Assembly (NCBI RefSeq): GCF_963921235.1
Contig: NC_086097.1
Location: forward strand, 27,840,001-27,904,000
Direction: 5' to 3'
Length of the DNA stretch: 64,000 bases
From: Mobula hypostoma
Taxonomy: Eukaryota
Every line of letters starts with the position of its first letter. The first letter of the stretch is position 1. The notes under the pieces were generated by a model. It was not told the origin of the DNA, ran no database searches, and saw only the letters and a program-made list of their open reading frames with translations. Below are positions 29,951 through 44,290 of the stretch, in pieces. The position numbers were made by a program, and so were the translations under genes.

Positions 29951-30918
29951 TTAAAACCAAATGCTACATAAACTGAAAGGATCAAAGTTTCTACTTGACA
30001 TTCATATTTAGGAAGGGGAAGTTGGAAGAACAGACAGTAGTCATCATCGGTAGAAAGGATCAGCAAGCAGCTTCAAGTTCCTGGGCATCAATGTCACGGA
30101 GGATCTATCCTGGGCCCAAAATGTTAGGAGTTTTGAGGAGATTTGAAATATCACTAAAGACACTCACATATTTTCAATGCATGGAGGAGAGCATTCTGAC
30201 CGATGGCATCTCAGCCTGGTGCGGAGACACCAGTGAACAAGATTACAAGAGGTTATAGACTTAGCCCATTACGGGCACAACACATCCTATCATCGAGGAC
30301 ATCTTCAAGAGACAGTATCATTTATTTCGGCTGGCACTATAGTGCCAGTGATCATCAACTGCTGCTGTCTGTAAGGAGTTTGTACATTCTACCCATAACC
30401 ATGTGGGTTTCCTCAGGATACTTTGGTTTCCTCTCACATTTCAAAGTCATATAGTAAGGATTAGTAAGCAGTGGGCATGCTACGTTGGCGAGAAAGTGCA
30501 CTTGCGGGTTGCCCCCAGCGTAATTGTCGCTCATTTGATTTGACTCATGACTCACTTCACTGTATGCTTTGATGTTTGTTCATTTGTTATGTACCATATC
30601 ACATGACATGGGCGACCATGGTTTTTCCAAGACCATGATTGGACTTGGCAAATTTTTCTACACAAGTGGTTTGCCACAGCCTTCTTCTGGGCGTAATCTT
30701 TACAAGATGGGTGACTCCGGCCTTCATCAAAATGCTTCAGAGATTGTCTGCCTGGCCTCAGTGGTCGCATAACCAGGACTTGTGATATGCACGAGCTGCT
30801 CATATAACCATCCACCACCTGCTCCCATGATTTCACGTTTCCCTGATCTGGAGGGCTAAGCAGGTGCTACACCTTGCCAATAGGTAACCTGCAGGCTAGA
30901 AGAGGGAAAGAGCACCTT

Positions 30919-32600
30919 CTTTCTTTTTAAATCTTTTTATTGAGTAAGTATACAAAAAAGGTAAGCCATATAAACATTAATACAATGTTAAAGTACAATA
31001 AAATTCCAAAAGATAACAATACCAAAAAGAAAATACTACAAACAATGTAATTTAAGCATAAGAAACCAAGATAACATAATAGTATACTAGATTTTATATA
31101 TATCAATGGAAAAAAAAAAGAAAAAAGAAAAAAAAACCCCCCAAAAAAAAACCCACCGTGCAACTACCTAAAAGCAAAGCAAAGCAATGGGCTAACTTGA
31201 AACCAAACAGAGTTAAACTTAAAATCACGTCCTCAATCCCGACCTCCATTAAAACAGTGAAAAAAAAACAAGAAGGGTAAATATTACATTAAATGAAAAT
31301 ATCGAATAAAAGGTCCCCAAATCTGTTCAAATTTAAATGAAGAATCATAAAGGTTACTTCTAATTTTCTCCAGATTCAAACATAAAATCGTCTGAGAAAA
31401 CCAAAAAAAGGTAGTTGGAGAGCATTAAGCTCTTTCCAATGTTGTAAAATACATCTTTTCGCCATTAAAGTAAGAAATGCAATCATTCTACGGGCTGAAG
31501 GGGAAAGATTACTAGAAATTTTAGGTAGTCCAAAGATAGCAGTAATAGGGTGAGGAGAGATATCTATATTTAATACCTTAGAAATAATATTGAAAATATC
31601 TCTCCAAAAAGTTTCCAAAGTAGGGCAAGACCAAAACATATGAGTTAAAGAGGCTATCTGCCCCGAACATCTATCACAGAAAGGATTAATATGCGAGTAA
31701 AAACGCGCTAACTTATCTTTGGACATATGTGCTCTATGAACCACTTTAAATTGAATTAGGGAATGTTTAGCACAAATAGAGGAAGTATTAACTAATTGTA
31801 AAATCTGCCCCCAATCATCCACAGAAATGGTAAGCCCCAATTCCTGTTCCCAATCTACCCTAATCTTATCAAATGGAGCTTTCCTAAGTTTCATAATAAT
31901 ATTATAAATCATAGCCGATGCACCTTTCTGACATGGATTAAGGTTAATTATCGAATCTAAAATATATATAGGAGGAAGCATTGGAAAGGAAGAAAGTATA
32001 GTACTTAGGAAATTTCTAACTTGTAAATATCTAAAAAAATGTATTCTTGATAAGTTATATTTATTAGATAATTGTTCAAAAGACATAAGGGAACCATCTA
32101 AAAATAAATCCAAAAACCGTAAAATACCCTTAGTCTTCCAAGTTTGAAAAGCGCGATCCGTAAAAGAGGGAGGAAAAAATATGTTACCTAAAATAGGAAT
32201 CGCTAACCCGAATTGATTAAGATCAAAAAATTTTCTGAATTGAAACCAAATGCGCAAAGCATATTTAACTATCGGGTTAGAGACCTGCTTAAGGCGTTTC
32301 GAATCAAAAGGAAGAGAGGAACCTAAAATAGAACCAAGTGTATAACCCTGAACAGATTGTAATTCCAATGCTACCCATTTAGGAATAGATAGTATGTCCC
32401 GGTCAAGTAACCAAAATTTCATATGTCGAATATTAATAGCCCAATAATAAAATCTAAAGTTAGGTAATGCTAAACCTCCATCTCTCTTAGCTTTCTGTAA
32501 ATGTATTTTACCCAGTCTCGGATTCTTATTCTGCCAAATAAATGAAGAAATTTTAGAGTCAACTTTATCAAAAAAAGATTTAGGAACGAAAATTGGTAAT
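30919..32600 (-). mobile_element. L1/Tx1-like LINE, 5'-truncated, about 400-codon open ORF2 C-terminal region
   Basis: GGLALPNFRFYYWA and CDRCSGQIASLTHMFWSC; AATAAA with A-rich tail; 9-bp TSD GAGCACCTT at 30910-30918 and 32601-32609. Confidence 0.9.
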
Positions 32601-32839
32601 GAGCACCTTACAACTCCCTTGGTAGAGATGAAATTCCACCCCACCACCCTATGCTTCGATGTGCATGTGACAAATAAAGCTAATCTTGCTTTTGGATCTG
32701 GGACATGCTCCTCTTCTCGTTTTGACCACTGAGAAGGAAGTAGAGGAACTTAAGGACTCACACTGAACAATGTAGAAAAAAGCTTATTTCCTTCTGCCAT
32801 CAAATTTCTGAATGGCTCATGAATATTATATCTTTTCTC

Positions 32840-35210
32840 CTTGGTGAATTGGCTGTTTGGATTCAGAACTGGCTTGTGCACAGAAGACAGAAGGTAGTGG
32901 TTGAGCTGGAGGTCTGTAATTAAAAGGTTCCACAGGGATCTGTGCTGGGATCTCTGCTGTTTGTGACTTATATAAATGACCTGGATGAAAATGCTAGTAA
33001 ATTTGCGATGATACCAAGATTGGTGGAATAGTGGATAGTGTAGAAGATTGGCAAAGAATATAGCATGATATAGATCATAAAGTCATAGAAAAGTACTACA
33101 CAGAAATAGGACCTTTTGCCCATCTAGTCCATAACAAAACCATTCACACTGCCTATTCCCAATGACCTGCAAATGGACCATAGCCCTCCACATCCCTACT
33201 ATCCATGTATCTCTCCAAACTTCTCTTTAACCTTGAAATCGAGCTCACATGCACCACTTGTGCTGGCAGCTTATTCCATACTCTCACAATCCCCTAAGTG
33301 AAGAAGTTTCCCATGATGTTCCCTTAACTATTTATCTTTCACCCTTAAGCCACGACCTCTAGTTGAAGTTTCCCCTAACTTCAGTGGAAAAAGCCTGCTT
33401 ACATTTACCTTATCTATACCCCTCATAATCTTGTATACCTCTATCAAATTCCTCTTAATCTCCTACGTTCTAAAGAATACAGCCCTAATCTATTCAATCT
33501 TTCCTTATAACTTTGGTACTCCAGATCCGATTAAATCCTTGTAAATTTTCTTTGCACTCTTTCAACCTTTCCTGTAGGTAGGTGACCAGAACTGCACACA
33601 CAATACTCCAAATTAGGCCTCACCAACATCTTATACAACTTCAACATAACATCCCATCTTCTATGCTCAATACACCGATTTATGAAGGCCAATGTGCCAA
33701 AAACTTTCTTCGCAACCCTATCTACCTATGATACCACTTTCAATGAATTATGGACTTGTATTCCCAAATCCCTTTGTACTACTACTCATTATTGCCTTGC
33801 TGTTCACACTGTACAACCTACCCTGGTTGGTCCTACCAAAGTGCAAAACCTCACACTTGTCTGCATTAATTTCCATCTGTCATTTTTCAGCCCATTTTCC
33901 AGCTAATGCAGATCTCTCTGCAAGCCACGATAGCCTTCTTCACTGCCCACTAAACCCCCAATCTTACTGTCATCCGCAAATTTGTTGATCCAGTTAACCA
34001 CATTATCAACCAGATCATTGATATTGACACCACTCATCACAGGCACCAGTCAAAGAGGCAACCCTCTACTACCACTCTCTGGCTTCTCCCAAGAAGCCAA
34101 TGTTTAATCCAATTTACTACCTCATCCTGAATGTCAAGTGACTGTACCTTCTTACCCAGCTTCCCATGCAGGACCTTGTCTAATGCCTTACTATCAGTTG
34201 CAGATATGGACTGAGAAATGGCAGGTGGAGTTTAACCCAGATAAATATGAGGTGTTGCACCTCGGTGGGGCAAATGCAAGGACCTTAACAGTGTGGCTGA
34301 GCAGAGAGACCTTGGGATCCAAGTCCATAGCTCCTTGAAAGTGGCTACACAGATTGATGAGGTGGTTAAGAAGGTTTATGGAATGCTTGCCTTTATTAAT
34401 GGAGGTATGCTTGCTTTTATTAATCTGGTTAAGACCACATAGAACCAAACCATAGAAACTACAGCACAGAAACAGGCCTTTTGGCCCTTCTTGGCTGTGC
34501 CAAACCATTTTCTGCCTAGTCCCACTGACCTGCACACAGACCATATCCCTCCATACACCTCCCATCCATGTATCTGTCCAATTTATTCTTAAATGTTAAA
34601 AAAGAACCCGCATTTACCACCTCATCTGGCAGCTCATTCCATACTCCCACCACTCTGGAGTATTGTGTATAGTTCTGGTCGTCCCACTACAGGAAGAATA
34701 CTAAGGCTTTGGAGAGAGTGCAGAAGAGGTTTACCAAGATGCTTCCTGGTTTAGAGGGCATGTGTTATCATGAGAGGCTAGATAAACTTGGCTTGTTTTC
34801 TCTGGAGTGTCAGAGGCTGAGGGAGATCTGATAAGAGGTTTACAAGATTATGAGAGGCATAGATAGAGTGTAGAAAGTATCTGTTTCCCAGGGTTGAAAT
34901 GTCTAATACCAGAGGGCATGCATTGAAGGTGAGAGGGGTAGGTTCAAGGGAGTTGTGAGGAGTAAGTTTTTTTTTTATTCAGATAGCCGTGGATGCCTGG
35001 AATGCATTGCCTGGTTTGGTGGAAGAAGCAAATACATTACAGGCTTTTAAGAGATGTTTGAATAGGCTCATAGATGTAAGGAAGATGGAGGAATAGGGAC
35101 ATGATGTAGGTAGGTGGGATCAGTGTTTGGGTTTTTTTGATTTGCTTTTTAGCTGGTTCTGCAAAAGTCTGTGGGCTGAATGGCCTGTTCTTGTGCATTA
35201 CTGTTCAATG
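32840..35210. mobile_element. Nested CR1 cluster (plus-strand copy interrupted by minus-strand copies at about 33076-34194 and 34437-34655)
   Basis: CR1 RT motifs (WQVEFNPDK; GGAGTATTGTGTATAGTTCTGG) resume on either side of CATAGAAA-tailed inserts. Confidence 0.75.
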
Positions 35211-35329
35211 TCCTTTTGCACCATTTATTTCTGTAATTTATAGTAAGATCATGTGTTTGCATTGTACCATTGCCACAAAGCGACAAAATTCTAAGTCATA
35301 AAAGTGTTAATAAATCTGATTGTGAATAC

Positions 35330-35455
35330 CTTCATCATAGCACTCCGTGCAATGGCAGTACTACCAGGGCGATCCACTCCAATATGAAGTTGAATGGGAT
35401 CAGTCATCACAGCGTTACGCTTGAAGAGAATGGATGGAGCAATGAAAGAATAGCC
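35330..35455 (-). CDS. RPS6KA5: MSK1 coding exon (hydrophobic motif FQ|GYSF and linker)
   Basis: GYSFIAPSILFKRNAVMTDPIQLHIGVDRPGSTAIARSAMMK; acag/gtattc; 126 bp. Confidence 0.96.
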
Positions 35456-35988
35456 CTGTCAAGAGAGCACAAAGATTAATCTTTAAACGCTGGTCATGTT
35501 TATACAGAGTTTACAGGATTAAAGGAGCCACATTGCACATGATTTATGTATAGGGTCTTTGGTAGTGTAATACAATAGAGGGGAGATGACCAGAAGAAGC
35601 ATCTGCAGTCCCTTGTGTCTTCTGGCAATTACCTACAAGTTTCTGTTGGTTTTTTTGGACACAAGGCCTTACCATCTGTACTTTTTCTAATTGTTTTAAG
35701 GCCACACTTGCCTGTTTGGTTCATACCACTACCACAAGAGTTGTAGGAACCTACATCTCATGTTCTTAATATTATTTACTTATTTATTTACTATCATTTT
35801 TTTGTATTTGCACAGTTTATCTCTCTTGCATATTGGTTGCTTGTCAGTCTTAATGTGTAGTTTTTCATTGATTCTATTCTATTTCTCTGCTCTACTGTGA
35901 ATGCCTGCAAGAAAATGAATCTTAAGGTCATGTAAATTTACTTTAAACTTTGAATCTGATTTAGCAGCTTCATTTTATGGGTACTGAC

Positions 35989-36150
35989 CTGAAAGATCCT
36001 ATCTGAGTTCTGAGGCAACGCTGCGGGCGAATATGTGGGATCCATTTCTGTGAATTCTTCTGCAAAATTGCTGACATCCAACTCGTCCCTGATGACTGGT
36101 TTAAACGGGGCTTCAATGTTTTTGGCAGCTAACTCATCCCAGTTTATTTT
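35989..36150 (-). CDS. RPS6KA5: MSK1 coding exon (AGC C-terminal tail, turn motif TYSP)
   Basis: KINWDELAAKNIEAPFKPVIRDELDVSNFAEEFTEMDPTYSPAALPQNSDRIFQ; gcag/gtcagt; 162 bp. Confidence 0.97.
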
Positions 36151-38929
36151 CTGCCAAAGCCAAATACAAAGCCGAGGGGTTACTAAGAATGGGCAATAGC
36201 AGCTCATTTTAACAGTTCTGTTTTATATACAGTAACATCCCACACACAGAAATAAAATGAGATAGATTTCCATGTGTTAATTAACAAATGCAATTCTAAA
36301 CACCTGGGAAAAAAAGTTAAACAAAATGCTCTACCTAGAATACATTAGAAAACAATCATTTAAATTTTAACAAAACTACAATACACAATTGGTAACTTAT
36401 TTTCTTGCTATTTCTCTCCCCTTCCCAGCCATGCTCACCCTTTCTCCAGACACCAAGATTAATAAACTGTATTGACAACACTGTTAACCAGTGGATCCTC
36501 TGGTGATTCTCACCCACAAAGCTTGTGCCAGGAAAGTAACAGACAGCAGGAATTATTGTGGCTAAACACTATTCTATCATTACCACTACAAGAAGGTACA
36601 CGCATTGAGATTAGGTGAGGAGTGACGATTGCTAGCTCATTTTTCTCTTGATAGAATGATTTATTAACCTGCTCAAGTCCAAAATCTGCTGTGTAGTATC
36701 AAATTCAGTCAATTTATAAGCAAGTAAATATTTATTTCAATTTAAACTGCTATTAAATTAATTGTCAGTGGCTAATAAGAAAATTATTTATTTCATGAAA
36801 CCAGATACCCAAGACCCTGAACCGTGCTGTAAGTGGCAGGGATACACCTTTATTAAATGGGGTGGCACAGTACTGTAGTGGTTAGGAGAGGGTAAACAGT
36901 GGATCCTCTGGCTGATCCTTATCCACAAAGCTTGTGTCAGGAGAATAGTACCTAGAGAGAATTATCATGGCTGAGCTGTATTCTAAAGATAAAGAGATTA
37001 ACTTTATTTGTCACATGTGCATCAAAACATTAAGTGAAATGAGCTGTTTGCTTTGAGAATGTGCTGGGGGCAACACACAAGTGTTGCTATGCTTCTGGTG
37101 CCAACATATCATAACAGCAATTTACTAATCCTTGGAATATGGTCATGGAAGGAATATATAAACTCCTTACAGGCAGTAGCGGGAATTGAACTCCAATCGT
37201 ACAGTTGGTGCTGTGGAGTGGTACACTAACAGCTACACTACCATGCTACCCATTACCACCACAGCAAGAGGGTGAGTAAGAAGTGAGGATTGAGGAGTAC
37301 TACCTCATTTTTCTGTTGATCGTATGAGCTGCTTACCTGCTCAAATTCAACGTCTGCTCTCTAATCCAAAGGGTTTAGTACAATGATGGGTGAACATATC
37401 AGAAGGGATATAGTAGCACTGGAGGCAGTCCAAAGGAGATTCGCCAGGCTAATCCTGAGATAAGAGGATTGTCTTATCAAGAGAGGCTAAATTGCTTGGA
37501 TATGTATTGTCTGCAGTTTATAAGAATGGTGGGTCTTATTGTAACATACTAAAGGGGGCTTGTCAGGGTAAATGTTAAGATGATTTCACTAGTGGGAGAA
37601 TCTCAAATCAGGGGACTCGTTTTAAAATAAAGGGCCAGTATTTAAAATAAGGTGTGTAGAAATCTCTGATCAAAGAGGGCAGTGAGTTTTTGGAATGAGG
37701 TACCTTTGTAAGAAGAATTAATACTTCACAGCTCCAGTGGCTAGGATCCAATCCTGAACCTCAGTGCTGTCTGTGTGGAGTCTGCATGATTTCTCTGTGG
37801 CTGCCTCCCACATCCCAAATTTGTGTGGGTTGAAAGATTAATACGAGAAGGCATTATTTTAAAAGATGATCGGAGGGAAGTATGGGGGGGGGGAATGTCA
37901 GAGGTAGGTTTTCGTTTATACACAGAAGAGTGCTGGGTGCATGGAACGTCTTTTGCCAGGGGTGGTAGTAGAGGCAGATACATAAGAAACTATTAGATAG
38001 GCACATTGATGGAAGGGAAATGGAAGGCTATGTGTGAGGAAAGGGTTAGATTCAGCTTACAATAGGTTAGAAAGTCAGCACAACAATGTGGGCCACAGGG
38101 CCTGTACTGAGCTGTACTATTACATGAACTATGTTAATTGTCTACTGTAAATTGCCTTGAGTGTGTACGTGAACAATAGAATCTGGGCAGAAGTCCAGAG
38201 AGGATATGCTCCACAGAAAATTAATGGAGGGATGGGATGGCTCTTTGCGGTGCTTCATAGACTTGATCAGCCAAAATGGGCTCTCAGAGGGTTTCAACCC
38301 AAAATGGCAACTATCCATTTCCCTTCCAGATGCTGCTTGACCAGCTGAGTTCCTCCAGCAGTTTGTTTGTTGACGTCTTTCTGAGTCATCAGGAAATATG
38401 TAACTATATATGAATTGTTGCCTGATGTCTCAGGAAGATAACATTCATCATTAAGTTTTTCACACAGAGAGTGATGGGTGTGTGGAATGCACTGCTGGTG
38501 GCGGCAGTGGAAGCAGATACAATAGGGTCTTTTAAGAGCCTCATAGTTGGGTACATGGAGCTTAGAAAAATAGAGGGCTAAGTGCTAGTGAAATTCTAAG
38601 CAGTTTCTAGAGTAGGTTATATGGTTGGCACAACACTGTGGGCCGAAAGGCCTGTAACGTGCCGCAGATTTCCATGTTCTTTGTACTATTAAGGTCCCTG
38701 AGCATCCAGGATATGCCTTCTTCTCAATACTGCCATCAGGCAGAAGGTATACGAGTCTGAATAACCACACTTCAAGGTTCAACAGCAGCTTATTCCCCAC
38801 AGTCATCAGGTTCTTGAAACGACCTGAAAAGCCCTAATTCTACCTGAGCTTGCTTCAACTTATTTCCCTCAACTTGCACTAAAGTTGTCTACTTTTTTTG
38901 CCCAAGTTATGCATAATAGAAGAGCAGAT

Positions 38930-39670
38930 TATTATTTAAATGGTGAAAGACTGCAGCATACTGTTGTGCAGAGGGACTTAGGAGTGCCTGTGCATGAATC
39001 GCAGGTACAACAGGTTATTAAGAAGGCAAATGGAATGTAGGCCTTCATTGCTAGAGGGATTGAATTCAAGAGCAGGGAGGTCGTGCTGCAACTATACAGG
39101 GTACTGGTGAGCCGCACCTGGAATACTGTGTGCAGTTCTGGTCTCCATACTTGAGGAAGGATATACTGGCTTTGGAGGCAGTGCAGAAGTTGTTTACCAG
39201 GTTGATTCCAGGGATGAAGGGGTTAACCTGTGAGGCGAGATTGAGTTGCCTGGGACTATACTCTCCGGAGTACAGAAGAGTGAGAGGTGATCTTAGAGAA
39301 ACATACAAAATTTTGAAAGGGATAGATAAGATAGTAGGAAAGTTGTTTCCATTGGTAGGTGAGAACTGGGGGACATTGCCTCAAGATTCAGGGGAGAAGA
39401 TTTAGGACTGAGATGAGGAGAAGCTGATTTTCCCAGACAGTGGGGAATCTGTGGAATTCTCTGCCCAGGGAAGCAGTTGAGGCTTCCTCACTAAATATAT
39501 TTAAGAAGCAGTTAGATAGGTTTTCACATAGTAAGGGAATTAAGGGTTATGGGGAAAAAGGCAGGTAGATGGAGCTGAGTTTATGGACAGATCAGCCATG
39601 ATCTTATTGAATGGCAGGGCAGGTTAGATGGGCCGAATGGCCTACTCCTACTCCTATTTCTTATGTTCTT
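38930..39670 (+). mobile_element. CR1 LINE 3' fragment
   Basis: QFWSPYLRKDILALEAVQ; ends in CCTATTTCTTATGTTCTT tail. Confidence 0.85.
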
Positions 39671-39796
39671 AAGGTCTTACGTAATTTATGTTAATTTGTT
39701 TATCTACCTTATGTTCCCATGTCTGTAATGTACAGTGCTGCTGTTGCAAAAAGCTAATTTTCATGGCATTTATACCTTGGGTATGTATGCTTAGGG

Positions 39797-42700
39797 GGGC
39801 AGGTGAGGTCTGGGCCTGACGTCCTGCTCACCCAGGGAAAGTGAACGTACAATACATCGCCTCTCCTTTCCCGGTGTAGTGATCGCCGCGTGGTCACTGT
39901 CTGGCCTGCTAGGCAGGAGGCCACTGCAACTGGCCTCTCCTACATTACTGCATCCGAGCGTTCAGCGGTATAACTGGATGGGTAGGCTGGGTTCGTTAGC
40001 CTTGGTTGGCAGCCAGCCTAAGAGAAGGACAACTCTGAATCCAAACTCGGGCAGGTGGGGCTCGTTAACCTTGTCAGGCCATCCAGTAGTAGTAGTAGTC
40101 ATACTTTATTAATCCCGAGGGAAATTGGTTTTCGGTACAGTTGCTCCATAAATAATAAATAGTAATAGAACCATAAATAGTTAAATAGTAATATGTAAAT
40201 TATGCCAGGAAATTATGAAATAAGTCCAGGACCAGCCTATTGGCTCAGAGTGTCTGACCCTCCAAGGGAGGAGTTGTAAAGTTTGATGGCCATAGGCAGG
40301 AATGACTTCCTATGACGCTCTGTGTTGCATCTCGGTGGGATGAGTCTCTGGCTGAATGTACTCCTGTGCCCACCCAGTACATTATGTAGTGGATGGGAGA
40401 CATTGACCAAGATGGCATGCAACTTAGACAGCATCCTCTTTTCAGACACCACCGTCAGAGAGTCCAGTTCCATCCCCACAACATCACTGGCCTTACGAAT
40501 GAGTTTGTTGATTCTGTTGGTGTCTGCCACCCTCAGCCTGCTGCCCAGCACACAACAGCAAACATGATAGCACTGGCCACCACAGACTCGTAGAACATCC
40601 TCAGCATCATCTGGCAGATGTTAAAGGACCTCAGTCTCCTCAGAAAATAGAGACGGCTCTGACCCTTCTTGTAGACAGCCTCAGTGTTCTTAGACCAGTC
40701 CAGTTTATTGTCAATTCGTATCCCCAAGTATTTGAAGGACATTCCAACGTAAATCCTACAACCTGAGGACCTCGCTGTCACCATCCCAGCTTGCCAGGCT
40801 ATGGCAGATGAACCCCAGGTGTAAAGGGTGGGGCCAGAACCGCACAAACTGCACTCCACCTAAAATACCATTGCACAGGCCGAAGGACATACTCACGTCT
40901 ACGACCATCCTCCCCAACCATTCATCAAGCCTTGCAGCGATGGGAAAGGGGCGAAAACGGCAGGAGGAAGATGACACTGGAAGCCGCAGTTGCGATCCTG
41001 CATACAGGCAGTTCAGGTGTATGGGTCATCTGATGTTGACCCCAGAGACAACAATATCATTCGGCAGCACCCTGAGCGACCAAGCAGCCTTCTCTAGGGA
41101 CAGCACTGCTTGCTCCACACGGAGAGGGGCCTAGAAAAGGTGGCCTAACCAAAGCTCGTTTCCATTTCCCCCAGTTGGCTAGCGCGGTCAATGGACATCC
41201 TCAAATGCGGTCGAACAACAACAAAAAAGAAAAGGTACACACCTGCCTCACAAGGAGTGCAAGGACTAAAGCTTGCATGCTGGAACATCAGGACCATGCT
41301 CGATACAGCAGACAGTGGTCGTCCAGGACGATGCTCCGCTCTAGTTGCGCATGAACTTTCAAGACTGAATGTCGACATCACTGCTCTCAGTGAAGTCTGC
41401 TTCCCAGAGGAAGGCAACCTTCAAGAACATGGCGCCGGCTACACCTCTACTGGTTGGGCAAGCCAGAGACTGAGAGACGCCTTTCTGGCATTGGCTTTAT
41501 GGTCAGGTACTCCATTGCCTCCAAACTTGAAAAATTGCCAACGGGTCACTCCGACTGCATCATCTCCATGCGCCTCCCACTTTGAACCAAGCAGCATGCC
41601 ACACTCTTCAAGCAGATCCTGCAGAAAAGGACAAGTTTTACACTGATCTGCGCAACCTCGTACGGAACGCCCCTGCAGATGACAAGGTCTTCAACCTTGG
41701 CGACTTCAATGCCAGAGTAGGCCAAGATTCAGAAGCCTGGAAAGGAGTACTTGGCAAACGTGGTGCTGGAAACTGCAACAACAACAGGCCCCTTCTGTTA
41801 AGAGTTTTGCGCAGAGCAGCAACTCACCATCACCAACAACATTTTCCAGCAGAAAGACAGTCTGAAGACAACCTGGATGCATCTTCAGTCCAAGCATTGG
41901 CACCTCATAGACTACATCTTGGTGCGCCAGAGAGACCTTTGGGATGTCTTACTCACCCGAGTGACGCCCAGCGCAGAGTGTCATATGGACCATCGTCTTG
42001 TCTGCTGCAAACTCAGTCTCCATTTCAAGCCCAAGCCAAAAAGTGGAGGTGCTCCAAGGAAGAAGCTTCAGGTTGGCAACCTCCAGTCAGCTGAAGTGAA
42101 AGCTGACTTTCAGACGAATCTTCAGTCAAGGCTTCAGGATCCCTGCTTCCCCACAGACACCTCTCCAGAAGTGCTTTGGGAATACCTAAAAACCACCATT
42201 CTCAAAATCTCTGAAGTCATCCTAGGGTTTTCCACAAAGAAGAACAAGGACTGGTTCAATGAAAACAACCAGGAGATCCAAGAATTGCTGGCGAAGAAGA
42301 GATCCGCCCACCAGGCGCACCTTGCTCAGCCGTCTTGTCCTAATAAGAAAGCAGCCTTCCGCCTTGTATGCAGCAACCTCCAGAGCATGTTTTGAGAGAT
42401 TCAGAACGTGTGGTGGACCAACCTCGCAAAGAGAACTCAGCTTTGCACAGACACTGGTGACTACAGAGGTTTTTATAAAGCCCTGAGAGCGGTGTACAGC
42501 CCTTGCACCAGGTCCAGAGTCCCTTGCACAGTGCAGACGGTCAGGCACTCTTCACAGACAAGGCGTCCATCCTGAACCGGTGGTCGGAACATTTCCAGAC
42601 TCTCTTCAGCGCCAACCGCATGGTCCAAGACTCAGCAATTCATTGCATCCCACAACAGCCAGAAAAAACAGAACTGGACAAGATTCCAACCCTAGAAGAG

Positions 42701-44290
42701 ACAGTCAAGGCCACAGAGCAGCTGAAAAGCAGCAAGGCAGCGGGAGTTAATGGAATCCTACCTGAGATTTGGAAGCATGGGGGCCCAGCATTACACACCA
42801 AACTCCATGAGTTCTTTGTCTGCAGCTGGGAACGAAGTAAACTACCACAGGACCTCCGTGATGCAGTCATCATTGCCCTGTATAAGAACAAGGGAGAAAA
42901 GTCCGACTGCTCCAACTACCAGTTGATAACTCTGCTATCGCAGGAAAAATCCTCGCAGGAGTACTCTGAACAGATCGGTGCCCATCATTGCAGAAGAACA
43001 ACACCTCCCAGAGAGCCAGTGTGGCTTCAGAGCCAACAGGAGCACCACCAACATGGTATTTGTTCTCAGGCAGTTCCACGAGAAATGCAGGGAACAGAAC
43101 AAGGGATTGTATGTGACGTTCGTTGACCTTACCAAAGCGTTCGACACTGTGAGCAGGGAAGGCCTGTGGCGAATCATGGAACGACTGGGATGCCCTCCAA
43201 AGTTCCTCAGCATGGTCATCCAGCTACATGAAGATCAGCGTGGCCAAACCAGACACAACGACGACCTCTCGGAACCCTTCCCAATAGGCGACGGGATAAA
43301 GCAAGGCTGCGTCCTCGCGCTGACTCTCTTCACCATCTTCTTCAGCATGATGCTTGAAAAGGGCCACAGAAGACCTTGATGACGAGGACGGTGTTTACAT
43401 CCAATACCGCACCGATGGCAGTCTGTTCAACCTGAGGCGATTATAGTCCCACACCAAGACATTGGAGCAACTCATCCGAGAGCTACTCGTCACAGACAAT
43501 GCTGCCCTTGTTGCCCACACAGAGACAGCCCTGCAGCGTATAACATCCTGCTTCGCAGAGGCTGCCGAGCTCTTTGGATCGGTAGTCAGCTTGAAGAAGA
43601 CAGAAGTTCTCCATCAGCCCGTGCCTCAGGAAAATTACCACCCTCCCTGCATCACCATCGGTGAGGTAGAGTTGAAGACAGTCCACCAGTTCAGCTACCT
43701 GGGGTGCACCATCTCATCAGATGCCAAGATTGACAACAGACTGGCAAAGGCAAACAGCGCATTCAGCAGGCTGTACAAGAGAGTCTGGAACAACAAGCAT
43801 TTGAAGAAAGGCACAAAGATCAGCGCGTACAGAGCCGTTGTACTGACCACCCTCCTGTATGGCTCCGAGTCGTGGGTCACCTACCGTCACCACCTACGAC
43901 TCCTTGAGCGTTTCCACCAGCGCTGCCTCCGCACCATCCTCAACATCCACTTGAGTGACTTCGTCACCAACATCGAAGTCCTCAAACAGGCGGAGGTCAC
44001 CAGCATCGAGGCCATGCTGTTGAAGATGCAGCTGCGCTGGGCAGGGCACATCTCTAGGATAGAGGATCATCGCCTGCTGTATGGCAAACTCTCCACTGGC
44101 CACCATGACAGAGGGGCACCGAAGAAGAGGTACCAGGACTCTCTGAAGAAATCCCTTGGTGCCTGACACACTGACCATCGTCAGTGGTCTAATCTAGCCT
44201 CCGATCGCGAGGCCTGGTGACACACCATTCATCAGTCTGTCTCCTCCTTCGAGAACGCACGCAGGGCTGGCATTGAGGACAAAAGGAGAC
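39797..44290 (+). mobile_element. Near full-length RTE (BovB-like clade) LINE, frameshifted
   Basis: APE domain (LACWNIRTM..ALSEV; GDFNARVG; WHLIDYILVR..DHRLV) followed by RT (ESQCGFR, FVDLTKAFDTV, GIKQGCVLA, YGSESW, LRWAGHISR) spread over several frames; long 5' UTR. Confidence 0.88.
40086..40734 (-). mobile_element. Rex1/Babar-like 3' fragment inserted in the RTE 5' UTR
   Basis: Nearly identical to 3090-3725. Confidence 0.88.
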
